DNA from: Histomonas meleagridis 2922-C6/04-290x
Taxonomy: Eukaryota; Protista; Parabasalia
Direction: 5' to 3'
DNA: 64,000 nt
Assembly (NCBI GenBank): GCA_020184695.1
Contig: JAANOX010000069.1
Location: 318,668 to 382,667, forward strand
Shown: positions 59,870 through 64,000 of the stretch, in pieces
Position numbering within the stretch: the stretch's first letter is position 1
Layout: the number at the start of each line of letters is the position of its first letter
Notes under the pieces: generated by a model
The model's database searches: none
What the model saw: the letters and a program-made list of their open reading frames with translations, nothing else
What the model was told of the DNA's origin: nothing
Made by a program: the position numbers and the translations under genes

Positions 59870-60210
59870 TTTTGGAGAAAGATTATAATATGAGCATGTA
59901 AATGTAGATATGTCATATATCCATTTAAAAAATATCTCGAAAAAGTACAAAATTCGACACTAGGAAAGTTCATTAATGATTCAAATAGTTTGTTCGGGAA
60001 AAATCTAAATGATTTTTCAAATTTGATACAATTGGTTCTCGATGAATCCATAGGAAAAATATAGAGATGTATTAGTGATTCCTGGTGCACAACCAACAGT
60101 CCCATCTGTGAATGTTGGTTAGCACTTTCGAAGAAAAAGATCACCTTGCCGCAGTAACAGACATAAAAAAGGTCATTATGCTTCAACATGTTGTTTTAAA
60201 CGAACCCAAG
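59870..60210 (+). pseudogene. Decayed coding remnant, possibly a Mutator-like transposase C-terminus
   Basis: Stop-ridden plus-strand frame ending ...C...KKGHYASTC (zinc-knuckle-like). Confidence 0.25.
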
Positions 60211-61456
60211 AATAAAAGTAGCACCTGAATTATATCGTCTATAAAGAATATCAATCAAAATTTATAATCAAATTATTCTAAATTTTGATAAAAATCATAT
60301 GAAATGTAAGAATAATATTAATGAGAATGATATGAATTAATGTGAATAATGAAAATTATGAGATTTATTTGATTAGTGAGAATGAATTGGTGAGGTTAAA
60401 TCTGTAATTTTTATTTTTTACATAGGGTAAAAAATTGTTCATGGTCTTGGGATATTATATTCAATTTTCGATTCATCGGGAAATTAAGACATATTTCATA
60501 TTAAGAATCGATTAGCAAAGTGACTATATCAAATTTGAATCAATTAAATGTTTTGATCGATTTTTAATAGTGAGTCAACCTAACCCTTCCCAAATTTTAA
60601 CGATATAAAACGATTGAAAAATTAATTTGAATGGTTTCATGGAAACTTTTTACTAAATTCAATATCATTTTAATCCTAGGGCGTCTACAACAAATCAAAA
60701 TGGTATGAACCATTAAAGAAAACAAATTTTTTGGTAAAATGGAGTAAACCAGTGGCTTTTAAAGTTATAAAAAAAGTAACGAAATTCGTTAAATCGTTTA
60801 CACAATCATGAGCAAGCAATTAAAAAATGGTACAAAAAATTTGAATATGGATTAAAGTGGTTGCAAAAACGATGAGCCATCTCTCAGAGGCCGTTTGAAA
60901 ATTAAAACACAAATAAAAATACCACATTGGATGAGTGAAACAAGAGTCGAAATAATAAATGAAATATTGCAGAGCTAAACGATTCTCAAATTTCCATAAA
61001 ATATCATCATGGACGTAACATAATAAAGAAAGTTAGATCGAAAATATAAACTGGAGTATTAATAATGTATGATTTAGACAATAAGATTGGACATACAAAG
61101 AAAAACACCTCTGAACTTGATTCAAATATCATTAACATCACAATAATGCATCTAGTCATACAGAAAAATAGTAAAAAAATTACTAAAAATGAAGTTCTGA
61201 ACTTTATTTTTGACGGAGAAAAGATGGAGCAGGTAACCGCTTATTTAATTGCATTTAGTGTCAAAAAATTATCCACTTGCTCGTCGTTTTTGCAACCACT
61301 TTAGGATCAATTAAAGATAAGATTAGGTATCAAGAAATGTATGAAATATGAGGAATTATATAGACATACACAATGTTATTCCATAAATACATAAAAGATA
61401 ATATATTATAAATTTTTTGACATTATTATATTAGCAAAGCTCTTTATTCTTTGAAT

Positions 61457-63928
61457 TTATTTTTGTTGATTTGTAGCAAGCTTATTTGCGTCAAATGTTT
61501 TGATATCGAAATTTGAAGGTGGATATGAGTAACTATTCCTTTGCCAGAATCCAATTTTTTCTCTTCTTAATGCGACCCATGGCTGTTCTTCTACTTCGCC
61601 ATCAGGATATTTGTATACTTCTCTTTTATATATGATGATGTGACGATTGTGTCCTACCTCTTTATACGCGCAACTTTCAATGACTACAGTTCGATGATTA
61701 ATCCTTGCCTTCTGGTATAACATATCAAGATCTTTCTCTATTTTATCTTTACTATCCTCAAATGATTTTGTAATGTAATTCTTTTTCAATTGAGAATAAT
61801 TTTCATCAAATAACTTATCTTCAATTTTTTGATAAATTTCATTCAAAACATCATCTTGATTTTTATATGTATTTACATAAAATTCTTTGTCTTTAATTTT
61901 TTCTGCATATTCGTTCAATATACTATCAATGCTATTTTGAATTTTCTGATTTATTATAGTTATTGTATTTTGAAATTCAGTCATGGCAAGAGACTTATGC
62001 TTGGTCATTTCTATAATATGATTCATTTCTTTTTGTTTTTCTCCTAAGGTCCTTGCAACTTTAATTTTTTCATAATATCTATCTAATCTGTCATAAGTAA
62101 CATCTATATCCTTTTCTATCCATTCTTTGAATTCTTCTAATACATCCTCAAATAATTTCGATTGAGGAGGAAAAGAATATTTTTTACCATATTGATTTTG
62201 CAACTTTTGGATGAATTTATTAATATAAAATTGTTTGTTATTTTTATATTGATCCCATTTCGATTCATTTTCAAGTTCTTTTTTAATTTCATTAATGAAT
62301 TTAGTACCTTCTTTGGTGCATTCATCACGCATTACACTCTTGATTTCTTCTTGACGTTTATTTCCCTCATCAATGGCCTCCTTATATTTTTTATCGATAT
62401 AATCATAGATATAATTTATCATTTCTTTCTTTATTCGACTTGCTTCATCAGAGCATTGTGCATTTCCTAATATTTCACCTATATTCACTTTAAGCATATT
62501 TACATATTTACGTTTTATGGAATTCAAATCAAGACTTTGAATATGATCTTTATGTAAATCGAATTCTCGTGAAACGTATTCAAAAATTCCATTTATTTTA
62601 TCATACCCACCATAATTTAATACAAATCTTTGAATTGTATTATTATATTCTGCTTCTTGAATATTTTTTTCGAAGTTTGGTGAATTCGCATACTTCTGAA
62701 TTAATTTTACGAGTTCCATAGAAGAAGAACAATCTCTGATAAATTCACTTTCTGATGCATTTTCAATTGCTCTTATCATTTTTTCAGCGAAATAATTAAA
62801 TGAACGTAAAAATGTTTTTTCATCAATTGGTGGATATAGTGGCACAAACGAAAATGTCATTCCTTTGTCTTCTAACTGATCAACATTAATGAAATGATCA
62901 TGTTGATATTTATCGAATGCACCGTATGTTTTAGAATTCTTTGGGTCGAATTCTCCATATTTTTGTATATCAGCTTCTTCTGATATTATAGGATACATAA
63001 CATTTTTCATTGAAATTATCAATCCTAATTTTCCTCTATTTGATGGATCATTATTTGTTATTGAAGATATTTGTAAACCTTCTACAATCCATTTTATTTC
63101 ATCCACAAGTGTATTCATATCAGCAGCATAAAAATATACTGATGACATAGCTAAAAATGGTATTAATAAATCTCTATATGCGCCAAGTTGATCATTAATA
63201 TCGAGTCTATTCTTTTGCCCACCAAATCCTTCGATATCAAAAAAGAATATGACAGGTTCCATTTTTTCATTATCATATTTTCTATATGATATATTTTCCC
63301 TTGGCTTAACATTAAATCTTTCATAAAAATTTTGAAGTGTATAAGGTCCGTCAATATATACTCCGTCTGTACATTCCTTGCTTGAATTTCCTACATTATG
63401 TTTTAAATTTCCTGTAAATCCAGCTATTGTAGAGCTTTTTCCTTGTTGATATTTTCCTAATGCTGAAACGAAAATAATTGGTCGGGTTCCTGCTCTTTCT
63501 AGTACTTTTTGTAATTTATCGAACATAAAAATGGGGGTCTTGCAGCCTTCTTTCATAGAAGCAACTTGTACTGGCTCCCTCATTATTTGGTTTTTCTTTA
63601 TATTCTGGGCATATATTTTTTTGATATCTTTTCCTTTTGAACATTCATTTATTATCTTTTGAACTGAAACAGAATCAAGTTTACCCTGGTTAAAATCAGG
63701 CTCAATAACCTTGAATTCTCTTTTTTTATCCTTGAACATAATATCCTTAATTTCTTCTGAATAGTCTGCTTCAGAATGTGTCGAAGAATTTTGTTGTGTG
63801 TTAGTTCTAACATCATTCGTAGGCTTATTAATTGAAATGATTTTACGAGGTTGAGGTTCTTTATAAGGAGCTTGTGGATTTGAGTTAGTCAAATTCCGAA
63901 ACATATTAAGTTTATCTTTAAAAGACAT
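61457..63928 (-). CDS. Guanylate-binding protein (GBP/atlastin)-family GTPase with coiled-coil C-terminus
   Basis: VSALGKYQQGKSS (G1), CTDGVYI (G2) and FFDIEGF (G3), with a long helical tail. Confidence 0.8.
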   Translation of the reverse strand: MSFKDKLNMFRNLTNSNPQAPYKEPQPRKIISINKPTNDVRTNTQQNSSTHSEADYSEEIKDIMFKDKKREFKVIEPDFNQGKLDSVSVQKIINECSKGKDIKKIYAQNIKKNQIMREPVQVASMKEGCKTPIFMFDKLQKVLERAGTRPIIFVSALGKYQQGKSSTIAGFTGNLKHNVGNSSKECTDGVYIDGPYTLQNFYERFNVKPRENISYRKYDNEKMEPVIFFFDIEGFGGQKNRLDINDQLGAYRDLLIPFLAMSSVYFYAADMNTLVDEIKWIVEGLQISSITNNDPSNRGKLGLIISMKNVMYPIISEEADIQKYGEFDPKNSKTYGAFDKYQHDHFINVDQLEDKGMTFSFVPLYPPIDEKTFLRSFNYFAEKMIRAIENASESEFIRDCSSSMELVKLIQKYANSPNFEKNIQEAEYNNTIQRFVLNYGGYDKINGIFEYVSREFDLHKDHIQSLDLNSIKRKYVNMLKVNIGEILGNAQCSDEASRIKKEMINYIYDYIDKKYKEAIDEGNKRQEEIKSVMRDECTKEGTKFINEIKKELENESKWDQYKNNKQFYINKFIQKLQNQYGKKYSFPPQSKLFEDVLEEFKEWIEKDIDVTYDRLDRYYEKIKVARTLGEKQKEMNHIIEMTKHKSLAMTEFQNTITIINQKIQNSIDSILNEYAEKIKDKEFYVNTYKNQDDVLNEIYQKIEDKLFDENYSQLKKNYITKSFEDSKDKIEKDLDMLYQKARINHRTVVIESCAYKEVGHNRHIIIYKREVYKYPDGEVEEQPWVALRREKIGFWQRNSYSYPPSNFDIKTFDANKLATNQQK

Positions 63929-64000
63929 AAAACAAAAAGTGAGGTGAAAATAATTGTTATCAAAAATTGATGAAATTATTTCAAAAAATGCCAGAAATGA

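Overview
Very AT-rich, intron-poor eukaryotic DNA, most likely a parabasalid (Tritrichomonas/Histomonas-like). This is inferred from BspA-type LRR surface proteins, a DUF3447-type ankyrin family, a 23-nt GT-AG intron with CTAAC abutting the 3' end, and Maverick-like relics. Housekeeping genes: eIF4A, MutL, IKS1-like kinase, exportin-7-like, SLC12 transporter, BRK1, GBP GTPase and RRM proteins. They sit among decayed Merlin, Tc1 and pogo transposons and seven ankyrin genes. Main discovery: six ankyrin genes look like fragmented pseudogenes in the ORF track but become open and consensus-like under one rule, namely skip 17-nt U/A-rich spacers (mostly 5'-RT...TTT-3', no GT-AG) placed between codons of the ankyrin beta-hairpin. 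Spacers come singly or in trains separated by single-codon (3-nt) micro-exons, giving a 20-nt period. The recovered codons spell the canonical D-x-x-G-x-T loop (e.g. KDNDGNTAL, KDKYGNTAL, DSKGWNALH). By hand I count about 140 spacers, and none of the recovered codons is a stop. I know of no description of this. The sequence cannot tell whether the spacers are excised from RNA or skipped by the ribosome. Secondary points: a lactococcin-972-like bacteriocin, a phage-tail-fibre-like gene beside a penton-like gene, a Tc1-Myb fusion and a KH-less SF1. Several 1-nt homopolymer frameshifts may be assembly errors.
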